A stretch of 37,606 nucleotides of DNA from an uncultured Acidimicrobiales bacterium. GTDB taxonomy: Bacteria; Actinomycetota; Acidimicrobiia; Acidimicrobiales; UBA10347. Below are positions 8,261 through 16,793 of this stretch, one piece after another. The notes below the pieces were generated by a model. It saw only the letters and a program-made list of their open reading frames with translations, was not told where the DNA came from and did no database searches. The stretch covers positions 186,001 to 223,606 of the forward strand of contig CALSSD010000004.1 in NCBI GenBank assembly GCA_943788915.1, given 5' to 3'. A program made the position numbers and the translations under genes. Within the stretch, counting starts at the first letter, position 1. Each line of letters begins with the position of its first letter.

Positions 8261-9838
8261 GTGGGAAGTGGATCAGTGGATGCCGAAATCATCGTTGTCG
8301 GGGGTGGACACAACGGTCTGATCTGCGCGGCGTATCTCGCCCGCGCCGGTCACGACACGTTGCTGGTCGAAGCTCGCGACGCCGTAGGTGGTTGTGCCTC
8401 GACCGTCGACGCGCTCGGCGCTCGGTTCAATATCTGCAACTGCGATCACACCTTCATACGAGCGATGCCGATCATCGACGATCTCGAGCTGGCGAGGTAT
8501 GGACTGAATTATCTCGAAGCGGAGTCCAGCTATCTGCACATGTTTCATGATCAGACGTCGCCGTGGCTCTTCTTCTCCGATCAGCAAAAGACACTCGATG
8601 GCCTGAGCGTTTCGCACCCTGATCAGGTCAAGGCCTATCAGCGTTATCTGAACGAAGCGATGCCTGTCGCCGAGCTCGTTCTGGACATGACACGCAGCCG
8701 GACCACGCTGGCAGCGATGGCGAAGACGGCGATCGGTCGCCGAGCCAAAGGTGTGGCCACGCTGCTCAAGTGGAGCCGTATGAGCGCGCTCGACGTGCTC
8801 ACGAGTTACTTCGATGATTGGCACATGGTGCTGCCGGCCATCAGTACCGGTCCCACGGTCTGGGGCGTGCCCCCAGAAACACCGGGTACCGGCATGGCTG
8901 CACTCGGCTACGCAACCCGCCATCTGATCCGCACCGGTCGGCCCCAAGGCGGAAGCGGTGCGCTGACCGATGCGGTTGCCGCCAGTTTCGCCGCCGCCGG
9001 CGGCCGTACCCAGACATCGGCGATCGTCGCCAAGCTGCTCGTTCGTGACGAGGCTGTTGCCGGCGTGGAGCTCACGAACGGCGATCGACTGAACGCTCCG
9101 ATTGTTGTCACGGCGTGTGACCCGAACCAAGTCATGCTCGAGTGGCTCAGCGAGATGCCATCTGCGGCCCGCAAGACACAGAAGCGCTATCAGGATCAAC
9201 CGGTACACGACGGTTACGAGTCCAAGATCGATGCGGTCATCGACGGCCGCCCCGGGCTCGTGGGTATGGAAGCGCTGCAAACGCGGTTTGCGAACACCGA
9301 CATGCTTGAACCGACCGTGGTGGTTTCGCCGTCACTCGACGAGCTGGCTCAGGCGCATCAGCTACGGGCCGGTGGCCAGGTGGCCGAGAGCCCGACGATC
9401 TTGATGAATATCCCGTCGGTGCTCGACCCAACGATGAAGTCACCCGACGGCCGCCACATCCTGAGCCTCGAAGTCCTGTTCACGCCGTATTCCCATCCTG
9501 GAGGCTGGTCCGACTCCGACGAGCCCCGCCGCTGGTTCGATGTCGCAAACAAGTTCTGGACACCACCCATCGTGCCAGCGGAACACGAATGGCGGGCGAT
9601 GACGCCCGACATCTACGAGTCTGACTTCCACATGCCTCGTGGCCATGCACCGTCCTATGTCGCATCGCCGCTCGCCACGCTGATGGGCAAGTCGCGAGAG
9701 GTCAGCCGGTACCGCAGTCCAGTGAAGGGTCTGTACCTGAGTGGTGCCGGTACGTGGCCCGGCGCTGGCATCTTCGGCGCCCCCGGCCGCAACGCCGCTG
9801 ACGCGGTGCTGACTGATGTACACAAACGGTCGCGATAA
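8261..9838 (+). CDS. Phytoene desaturase-family (PYROXD2-like) FAD-dependent oxidoreductase
   Basis: IVVGGGHNGLICAAYLARAG, GGSGALTDA, C-terminal GLYLSGAGTWPGAGIFGAPGRNAA; start may be GTG 8276. Confidence 0.9.
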   Translation: MGSGSVDAEIIVVGGGHNGLICAAYLARAGHDTLLVEARDAVGGCASTVDALGARFNICNCDHTFIRAMPIIDDLELARYGLNYLEAESSYLHMFHDQTSPWLFFSDQQKTLDGLSVSHPDQVKAYQRYLNEAMPVAELVLDMTRSRTTLAAMAKTAIGRRAKGVATLLKWSRMSALDVLTSYFDDWHMVLPAISTGPTVWGVPPETPGTGMAALGYATRHLIRTGRPQGGSGALTDAVAASFAAAGGRTQTSAIVAKLLVRDEAVAGVELTNGDRLNAPIVVTACDPNQVMLEWLSEMPSAARKTQKRYQDQPVHDGYESKIDAVIDGRPGLVGMEALQTRFANTDMLEPTVVVSPSLDELAQAHQLRAGGQVAESPTILMNIPSVLDPTMKSPDGRHILSLEVLFTPYSHPGGWSDSDEPRRWFDVANKFWTPPIVPAEHEWRAMTPDIYESDFHMPRGHAPSYVASPLATLMGKSREVSRYRSPVKGLYLSGAGTWPGAGIFGAPGRNAADAVLTDVHKRSR

Positions 9839-9899
9839 CGAACCCGTGCCAGGCACGCGTTCGTTGATGCCAGATCACGTAAGCGTGCCAAGGCTCGGG

Positions 9900-9971
9900 T
9901 GTCGGAACCGTCGATGTGGGTGCTCGAAAGCAGCGTTTCGCCGAGGGGACGAGCTGAGACGCGGACTACCC
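9900..9971. repeat. Dispersed intergenic repeat, copy 2 (REP-like family)
   Basis: TGTCGGAACCGTCGATG...CGAGGGGACGAGC...GCGGACTACCC, homologous to 5516-5572 and to the reverse complement of 15118-15176; overlaps the stop of the convergent gene. Confidence 0.6.
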
Positions 9972-10712
9972 GCGGCCGGTGGCGGGGGTACCGGATCCGT
10001 CTAGTGCGGCGAGGGCGGCCATGCACGCGAGCTGGTCGTCTTGCAGCAAGCTGCCCCAGATGTCGGCGTTAAGTTCGTTGGTGCGGTTTTCGATGGGTTG
10101 GCGCTGCGATGCATCGTCGGCCAAGGCCACGATGCCTTCGACCGTGTAGCCGGCCCCCGCCCATGCTTCGGCATGGCAATCTGATCGGTGCCGGCGGATC
10201 GTGGTCAGTAGGCGCCACAGATTGCCGGCCGGAGTTGGATTCGGTGCGCCCAGCGTCGCCCGGGTGACGCCACTCATCGGCGTGCCCGCAGCAACGGCAG
10301 CGGCGGCAACTGGAGCCAGCAACGTGAGTAGCTCAGAGACCTGGGCCTCGCTGTTGGACCACATTACTTGGAGCGCAGCCGCTCGGGCATCTAACGCGGC
10401 CAACGCCGCCTCGGTGCCTGCTGGTGTGTAGGCGATTATTTCGCCGTCGAAGGTCAGTACGCCGCCCGCAACACACTCCTCGAGCCGAGCCCTAGCTCGC
10501 TCCTCCGGGAAGTATCGCAAGGGCACCCGGATCTCGTCCCAGGTCATCGGCCCTCGGCTCAGGAACGAAACGACCAGAGCGGCATCGCCGGGTGAAACAT
10601 CGAAACCTTCGATAGCTGAAAGCTCGTCGCGGGTCAGCACCCTGCTTGCCGCGAGATGTACCCGATCCACCGGTCGAGCAACGAGCCGGGCGAACGCTGA
10701 GTTTGTGGCCAT
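9966..10712 (-). CDS. Hypothetical protein, probably SCO6745-like/helix-turn-helix family
   Basis: Long open frame with LWRLLTTIRRHRSDCHAEAW, similar to the W...LREHRGDxH motif of SCO6745-family proteins, and a wing-like AYTPAG. Confidence 0.55.
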   Translation of the reverse strand: MATNSAFARLVARPVDRVHLAASRVLTRDELSAIEGFDVSPGDAALVVSFLSRGPMTWDEIRVPLRYFPEERARARLEECVAGGVLTFDGEIIAYTPAGTEAALAALDARAAALQVMWSNSEAQVSELLTLLAPVAAAAVAAGTPMSGVTRATLGAPNPTPAGNLWRLLTTIRRHRSDCHAEAWAGAGYTVEGIVALADDASQRQPIENRTNELNADIWGSLLQDDQLACMAALAALDGSGTPATGRG

Positions 10713-10754
10713 GGGGCGCACCGTAGACCTTCACCGAGGCGAGCGCTACGGCGA

Positions 10755-10789
10755 CTAAACATGACGGTGCCTGGCACCGTCATGTTTAG
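10755..10789. repeat. 35-bp perfect palindrome with GTGCCWGGCAC core
   Basis: CTAAACATGACGGTGCC-T-GGCACCGTCATGTTTAG (17-bp arms) in the divergent spacer upstream of the ABC operon. Confidence 0.85.
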
Positions 10790-10851
10790 CGGTCGTGTGA
10801 ACTCTGGATAGCGGGGTAGCGACGGAAGCGCTGGTCTGGCATGATCTGTCG

Positions 10852-11613
10852 GTGAGTGAGGGGCAGCAAGCACGAGCCAGCGCGAATCGACTTTTGTCGT
10901 TCGACTCGGTGTCCATGGTTTTTCCAGACGGAACACATGCGCTCGACGACGTCAGCTTCGATGTTAACGAGGGCGAGTTCGTCACCATCGTGGGCCCATC
11001 GGGTTGCGGGAAGTCGACAATCCTGAAGATTGCGTCCGGCCTGCTGAAACACACCGACGGGTCGTACGACTTGGCCGACGACAATTTGGGCTACGTGTTC
11101 CAAGACTCCACCCTGTTGCCGTGGCGTACCGTGCTGAAGAACGTTGAACTGTTCGACGAACTTCGCAAGGGTGACAAATCCGCCCGTCGGGCCAATGCAA
11201 AGCGTGTGATCGAAACTGTTGGGCTTGGTGGCTTCGAGAATCACCACCCCAAGCGTCTCTCCGGCGGTATGCGCATGCGCGTGTCCCTCGCTCGGTCGCT
11301 CACGTTGAACCCCAAGGTGTTCCTGTTCGACGAACCCTTCGGTGCACTCGACGAGATCACTCGTCAGAACCTGAACGAAGAAGTCGGTCGACTGTTCAAG
11401 GAACTGGACTTCGGCGGACTGTTCATCACCCACTCGATCCCCGAAGCGGTGTTCATGTCGACCAAGGTGCTGGTCATGTCATCACGGCCTGGCCGCATCA
11501 CGGATTCGTTCGACGTGCCGTTTGACTATCCCCGCACCGATGACCTGCGGTACGACCCTGCGTTCGCCCAACTCAGCGGCGATATTTCCAAGAGCCTGGC
11601 CGAGGGGCACTAA
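10852..11613 (+). CDS. NitT/TauT-family ABC transporter ATP-binding protein
   Basis: GPSGCGKST Walker A, LSGGMRMR signature, FLFDEPFGALD Walker B, FITHSIPEAV. Confidence 0.95.
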   Translation: MSEGQQARASANRLLSFDSVSMVFPDGTHALDDVSFDVNEGEFVTIVGPSGCGKSTILKIASGLLKHTDGSYDLADDNLGYVFQDSTLLPWRTVLKNVELFDELRKGDKSARRANAKRVIETVGLGGFENHHPKRLSGGMRMRVSLARSLTLNPKVFLFDEPFGALDEITRQNLNEEVGRLFKELDFGGLFITHSIPEAVFMSTKVLVMSSRPGRITDSFDVPFDYPRTDDLRYDPAFAQLSGDISKSLAEGH

Positions 11614-12395
11614 TGAAGAAACGATTCGGCATCCTCGCCCCGCCGCTCGCTGTCTTTGCCGCCTTCATCGGCGCGTGGTACTTCTACAGCGGCGTGATCC
11701 TCGATGAGACTCGGCGCAAAATCACGCTGCCGTATTTCCACCAAGTGATCGACCAGTCTTTCCTCGATGCAGAGAATCGGGCCGACTTGCTCGGCGCCCT
11801 GTGGACGAGTGCATGGATTGCCGCTATTGGCCTCGCGATCTCGATCCTGCTTGGACTGACGTTCGCGGTATTGATGAGCCAGGCGAAGTGGATTGAGCGG
11901 TCGTTCTATCCCTATGCCGTACTCATCCAGACGTTGCCGATCTTGGCGTTGGTTCCGATGATCGGCCTGCAGTTCGGCTTCGGCATCAAGGCTCGGGTGA
12001 TCGTTGTTGTGATCATCTCGCTGTTCCCCATCATCACAAACACACTGTTTGGACTGAAGTCGGCCGACCAGGGCCACCACGACCTGTTTACGCTCCACGG
12101 CGCTGGGCGTCTCACGCGGTTATTCAAGTTGCAGTTTCCAAGTGCGCTGCCGGCCATGTTTACCGGCTTCCAAATTTCAGCTGGCCTTGCCGTGATTGGT
12201 GAGATCGTAGGCGGGCTGTTCTTCGGCCGAGGTGCTGTCGATCTTGGAAACCGGATCCAGCTTTATGTTGCCCGGCTGCGCGCCGCGGAATTAATGGGCG
12301 CGATTGCTCTGTCGGCAGCCCTCGGCGTGGCTGTCTTTTGGTTCTTTGGTTATTTGCGGCACCGTTTTACGGCTTCGTGGGCCGAAGCTGAGTAG
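11613..12395 (+). CDS. NitT/TauT-family ABC transporter permease
   Basis: Multiple TM segments, QTLPILALVP, LFKLQFPSALPAMFTG; TAATG coupling to the ATPase. Confidence 0.95.
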   Translation: MKKRFGILAPPLAVFAAFIGAWYFYSGVILDETRRKITLPYFHQVIDQSFLDAENRADLLGALWTSAWIAAIGLAISILLGLTFAVLMSQAKWIERSFYPYAVLIQTLPILALVPMIGLQFGFGIKARVIVVVIISLFPIITNTLFGLKSADQGHHDLFTLHGAGRLTRLFKLQFPSALPAMFTGFQISAGLAVIGEIVGGLFFGRGAVDLGNRIQLYVARLRAAELMGAIALSAALGVAVFWFFGYLRHRFTASWAEAE

Positions 12396-12415
12396 CGACC
12401 AATCCCGGCACTTTT

Positions 12416-12485
12416 GTTACCTGATTGTTAACACCAGTCACACCGCCAACAACGATGTAATTCTGCGCTGAGGGGCAACTAGAAT
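12416..12485 (+). promoter_or_regulatory. Putative internal promoter for the binding-protein gene with possible GlnR-type boxes
   Basis: GTTAC-N6-GTTAAC..GTCAC (12416-12441) and TAGAAT -10 (12480-12485); GGAGGGG RBS before ATG 12535. Confidence 0.35.
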
Positions 12486-12534
12486 AGGTGCGTTCTCAGA
12501 GGGGCCACGCCCCTCATAATCCTGGAGGGGATTC

Positions 12535-14844
12535 ATGACTACACGACGTAGGCCATGGCTTTTGTTTGTGGCGCTACTTACCGCGTTTGGTCTGCTTGCG
12601 GCCGCCTGTGGTGGCAGCGATGCCAGCGACGACACCGCATCTGACACATCAGATGCCGTCGACACATCCGACAGCGATGCCGGCGATGACGGTGACGCAG
12701 ACGATGACGCAATGGACGACGATGGTGCCGATCACTCGGGCGACCTCACCGGCCTTGACTCGTGTCCTAACCCGTTGGTTATTCAGACTGACTGGTTCCC
12801 GGAGCCTGAGCATGGTGCGTTGTACAACTTGACGGCGGGTGAGGGTTCGATTGATGGTGAGTCGGGTCGTTTCTCTGGTCCGTTGGCTGCTGATCCTTCG
12901 ATCACGTTGGAGATTCGTGCTGGTGGACCGTTTGTTGGTTTCCAGCAGACAGTTGCGTTGATGGCGACCGATAGCGACATCTTCCTGGGTTACGTCAACA
13001 CCGACGAGGCGATCCAGAACTATGAAGATTTCCCGACGACAGCTGTTGTGGCTCCGTTGGAGATCAACCCGCAGATGATTATGTGGGATCCAGACACCTA
13101 CGACATCAACTCATGGGATGATGTCAAGGGAACTGATGCGGTGATCAATGTGTTTGCTGGTGCGGCGTACACCGAGTGGCTTGTCGGCGCTGGAATTGTT
13201 GATGAAGATCAGATTGATCCTTCGTATGACGGTGGCCCGGCTCGGTTCATTGCCGAGGGTGGCGCGATCTTGCAGCAGGGTTTTGCTTCGCAAGAACCGT
13301 TTAACTACGAGAACACGTTCACCGACTGGGGCAAACCTGTCGACTTCTTGTTGATCCACGATTCGGACTTCCCGATCTACCAAGGCGCAGTCGCGATTCT
13401 CGACAGCCGCATGGACGACGATGCCGATGCCTGCCTGAGCGCACTCGTGCCACTCCTTCAGCAGTCAGCTGTTGACTTTCAGGAAGACCCTGCAGCAACT
13501 AACGCAGCAATTCTTCAGGCAGTGATCGACCTGGACAGCTTCTGGCAGCTCACCGACGACTCTGTCGCCAACACCGTGCAGGCCATGACCGACCTCGGCC
13601 TCGTGTCGAACGGCCCTGACAGCACACTCGGCAACTTCGAGCTTGACCGTGTCAACGACATCATCACCGCCATCGACGAGCAGGTCGGCTCCGTCGACGT
13701 TCCCGAAGGGCTGACCGCCGAAGACCTCGTAACCAACAAGTACATCGACCCGTCGATCAGCTTCGCTGGTTCGGTCGGGCGCGACGGTGCAGCACCTGCC
13801 GATGACGCTCAGCCAGTTTCTGCTGGCGATCTGGGCGACTGTCCGAACCCGTTGGTTATTCAGACGGACTGGTTCCCGGAGCCTGAGCATGGTGCGTTGT
13901 ACAACTTGACGGCGGGTGAGGGTTCGATTGATGGTGAGTCGGGTCGTTTCTCTGGTCCGTTGGCTGCTGATCCTTCGATCACGTTGGAGATTCGTGCTGG
14001 TGGACCGTTTGTTGGTTTCCAGCAGACAGTTGCGTTGATGGCGACCGATAGCGACATCTTCCTGGGTTACGTCAACACCGACGAGGCGATCCAGAACTAT
14101 GAAGATTTCCCGACGACAGCTGTTGTGGCTCCGTTGGAGATCAACCCGCAGATGATTATGTGGGATCCAGACACCTACGACATCAACTCATGGGATGATG
14201 TCAAGGGAACTGATGCGGTGATCAATGTGTTTGCTGGTGCGGCGTACACCGAGTGGCTTGTCGGCGCTGGAATTGTTGATGAAGATCAGATTGATCCTTC
14301 GTATGACGGTGGCCCGGCTCGGTTCATTGCCGAGGGTGGCGCGATCTTGCAGCAGGGTTTTGCTTCGCAAGAACCGTTTAACTACGAGAACACGTTCACC
14401 GACTGGGGCAAACCGGTCGACTTCTTGTTGATCCACGATTCGGACTTCCCGATCTACCAAGGCGCAGTCGCCATCTTGGATTCGAACCTCGATGACGCTG
14501 CTCGTTCATGCCTTGGCGCTCTTGTGCCGCTGATCCAGCAGTCAGCGGTTGACTTCCAGAATGATCCTGTGGCAACCAATGCTGCGATCGTGCAGGCAGT
14601 GATCGACCTGGACAGCTTCTGGCAGCTCACCGACGATTCTGTCGCCAACACCGTGCAAACCATGACCGACCTCGGGTTGGTAGCCAATGGTCCTGACAGC
14701 ACACTCGGCAACTTCGAGCTTGACCGGGTCAACGACATCATCACCGCCATCGATGAACAGGTCGACTCTGTCGACGTTCCAGAAGGGCTGACCGCCGAAG
14801 ACCTCGTAACCAACGAGTTCATCGACCCGTCGATCGGTTTCTAG
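12535..14844 (+). CDS. ABC substrate-binding lipoprotein (NitT/TauT, NMT1/THI5-like) with two tandem binding modules
   Basis: Lipobox LLAAAC, Asp-rich linker, IQTDWFPEPEHG motif twice, 359 codons apart. Confidence 0.9.
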   Translation: MTTRRRPWLLFVALLTAFGLLAAACGGSDASDDTASDTSDAVDTSDSDAGDDGDADDDAMDDDGADHSGDLTGLDSCPNPLVIQTDWFPEPEHGALYNLTAGEGSIDGESGRFSGPLAADPSITLEIRAGGPFVGFQQTVALMATDSDIFLGYVNTDEAIQNYEDFPTTAVVAPLEINPQMIMWDPDTYDINSWDDVKGTDAVINVFAGAAYTEWLVGAGIVDEDQIDPSYDGGPARFIAEGGAILQQGFASQEPFNYENTFTDWGKPVDFLLIHDSDFPIYQGAVAILDSRMDDDADACLSALVPLLQQSAVDFQEDPAATNAAILQAVIDLDSFWQLTDDSVANTVQAMTDLGLVSNGPDSTLGNFELDRVNDIITAIDEQVGSVDVPEGLTAEDLVTNKYIDPSISFAGSVGRDGAAPADDAQPVSAGDLGDCPNPLVIQTDWFPEPEHGALYNLTAGEGSIDGESGRFSGPLAADPSITLEIRAGGPFVGFQQTVALMATDSDIFLGYVNTDEAIQNYEDFPTTAVVAPLEINPQMIMWDPDTYDINSWDDVKGTDAVINVFAGAAYTEWLVGAGIVDEDQIDPSYDGGPARFIAEGGAILQQGFASQEPFNYENTFTDWGKPVDFLLIHDSDFPIYQGAVAILDSNLDDAARSCLGALVPLIQQSAVDFQNDPVATNAAIVQAVIDLDSFWQLTDDSVANTVQTMTDLGLVANGPDSTLGNFELDRVNDIITAIDEQVDSVDVPEGLTAEDLVTNEFIDPSIGF
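12763..14835 (+). repeat. Intragenic tandem duplication, offset 1077 bp
   Basis: 12790-13337 is identical to 13867-14414 (548 bp, compared line by line); the 3' thirds of the copies are diverged. Confidence 0.95.
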
Positions 14845-14855
14845 CCGTATTTCAC

Positions 14856-15208
14856 CGCTCCGCTCGGGCCGACCTTCGTTGGATATCGCCTTAGTGGTGT
14901 GATGCGGCTCTAACCAGACTCCGTAATTCAAGACAGCGTGTGCACTCCCGACCGGAGTGCACACGCTGTGTCGCGTTTTGGCCCGCCCAGACGGGCGCAG
15001 AATGCAGCGAGGAGGCGACCACGCAGAGAGCTGAGAAGCGGACTGCCCAGAGCGGAGCGGTTAGCTACCGGCAGGTAGGAGCAACGCAGGAGCGGGGCGC
15101 GGGCGAGGGACGAGCCGGGGTAGTACGCCTTGCTTCGCTGCGGCTGCCTGAGCTGTCTGCGTCGACGGTCCCGACAAGTGTCCGACGAACGTCGGCCCGA
15201 GCGGAGTG
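14856..15208. mobile_element. 353-bp MITE/REPIN-like structured element with 30-bp imperfect terminal inverted repeats
   Basis: 14856-14885 vs the reverse complement of 15179-15208 match 26/30; internal perfect 16-bp hairpin (14933-14969); shares segments with 5516-5572, 9900-9971 and 22595-22613. Confidence 0.6.
14933..14969. terminator. Strong hairpin between convergent genes (possible bidirectional terminator)
   Basis: ACAGCGTGTGCACTCC-cgacc-GGAGTGCACACGCTGT; no adjacent U-tract. Confidence 0.45.
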
Positions 15209-15219
15209 CAGCAACGCGG

Positions 15220-16245
15220 TTAGTGCAGGAATTGTTCTTCGATCTCGCCGGTGTTCTCGAGTACACGGGGGCCGACAAGTTTGGCCATCAGATGCGTGCC
15301 TGACGTGACCGGCTTATACCGAGCTGGGTTGTCGGCGCTCACACAGGTTGGCAGGACTTCGATCAACGCATCATGGTTGGGCTGTTGGAACCAGGCGATG
15401 CTGCGGCGTCGGAAGGCGCCGGTTTGGTCGACGGGTGGTGGCACGACCCGGTGAACAGTCGCCCGCCATCGGTCGTTGGTCCACTCGGCCAACAGGTCGC
15501 CCAGGTTGACCAGGAACCCGTTTGTCGGCGGCAACACGTCGTGCCAGCCGCCTTCGGTATCGCGAATCTGCAGGCCCGGCACCGGATCTGCCGCCAGGAT
15601 CGTCAGGGAGCCGTAGTCGCTGTGGGCTCCCATTCGAAGCTGGCCTTCTTCGAGTGGAGCGGCGTTGGGATAACGGTTGTACCAGTTCGCTCGCATCACG
15701 CTGATCGACTGGCCGACGAACGGGCGGAAGTAGCCGACGGGCATGTCGAGTGCGAGTGCGAACATGTCGACGAGATCGAGTCCCAGTGACTCACAGGCAT
15801 CCCAGTACCGAAGCCAGACGTCTCGGAAACGGTCATCGGGCCAGACATTGGGCGAGAAGTAGGCGGCGAGTTCTTCGTCGGTGGCATCGGCTGGCGGGAC
15901 CTCGCGGCCCATGTTGAAAGCTTCGAACTGGTCGGGCAGCGACTCGATGCCCAGGCTGTAACTCAGCGCTTCGGAACCCAGCGGTGCGTAGCCCCGGTTG
16001 GCGGCAGCATCGTCGAGATTGAACTGCAGCTTGTGGGCGAAGTCGTTTTGGAAGAAGTCTGCGGTGATTTCGAACATGTCGTGGATGATGGACTGGTCGA
16101 TCTGATGACCGGTGATACCAAGGAAGCCGCTCGTTGAGCAGGCGACGTCGATCTCGCGAGCGACTTCGGCGCGGGCTGCTGGGTCGCCGCTGTACCACCG
16201 CGAAATATCTACGGGGACCACAGCGAATGGGGCATTCATCGACAT
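15220..16245 (-). CDS. Isopenicillin N synthase-family 2OG-Fe(II) oxygenase
   Basis: VPVDIS, GFLGITGH, NRGYAP, GAHSDYGSLTIL (HxD), VNLGDLLAEWTNDRWRATVHRV, RRSIAWF. Confidence 0.95.
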   Translation of the reverse strand: MSMNAPFAVVPVDISRWYSGDPAARAEVAREIDVACSTSGFLGITGHQIDQSIIHDMFEITADFFQNDFAHKLQFNLDDAAANRGYAPLGSEALSYSLGIESLPDQFEAFNMGREVPPADATDEELAAYFSPNVWPDDRFRDVWLRYWDACESLGLDLVDMFALALDMPVGYFRPFVGQSISVMRANWYNRYPNAAPLEEGQLRMGAHSDYGSLTILAADPVPGLQIRDTEGGWHDVLPPTNGFLVNLGDLLAEWTNDRWRATVHRVVPPPVDQTGAFRRRSIAWFQQPNHDALIEVLPTCVSADNPARYKPVTSGTHLMAKLVGPRVLENTGEIEEQFLH

Positions 16246-16451
16246 GCGTCGACACTAGCAACGAAGCCTGTGACGTCCATCGACACACCGCGTGAACGTC
16301 GTGTTACGAGCTCACGGAGGCATCAGGATTGTGAGCTGCAGGTCGGGCAAAACCTGCTCGTTCTCGAGCGGAGCACGAACAACAACGGTGAACAGCGGAT
16401 TAACCAGTGGGTCGGCCTACGGAGGGCGCCCGCTGGCACGTAGGGTTGACT

Positions 16452-16793
16452 GGTGCGAGGGTTTGTGTCGGATCTGGCGAATGCCAGTAGCAGCCGAAGG
16501 CGAGCGGAGTGACAGTGGTTTGTAGGGACGAGGGACGAGTGCCGGTGCGAGGGTTTGTGTCGGATCTGGCGAATGCCAGTAGCAGCCAAAGGCGAGCGGA
16601 GTAACAGTGGTTTGTAGGGACGAGGGACGAGTGCCGGTGCGAGGGTTTGTGTCGGATCTGGCGAATGCCAGTAGCAGCCGAAGGCGAGCGGAGTAACAGT
16701 GGTTTGTAGGGACGAGGGACGAGTGCCGGTGCGAGGGTTTGTGTCGGGTCTGGCGAATGCCAGTAGCAGCCGAAGGCGAGCGGAGTAACAGTG
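16452..16793 (+). repeat. 92-bp tandem repeat, about 3.7 copies, MIRU/VNTR-like, ending in the start codon of the next gene
   Basis: Unit starts at 16452, 16544, 16636 and 16728; only three substitutions (16511, 16588, 16748); each unit contains GGAG-TRA-CA-GTG. Confidence 0.97.

Noticed and set aside
8261..9838. Carotenoid biosynthesis gene crtI
   Set aside because: No crtB/crtE nearby; the GGGHNGL type fits the broader uncharacterised family.
12763..14835. Diversity-generating retroelement template/variable repeat pair
   Set aside because: Differences are not adenine-specific, both copies are in one reading frame, and no reverse transcriptase is present.
15220..16245. Beta-lactam biosynthesis (true IPNS)
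   Set aside because: No NRPS/ACV synthetase; context is uptake and catabolism.
16452..16793. CRISPR array
   Set aside because: The intervening sequences are identical rather than unique spacers and no cas genes are present; it is a tandem repeat.
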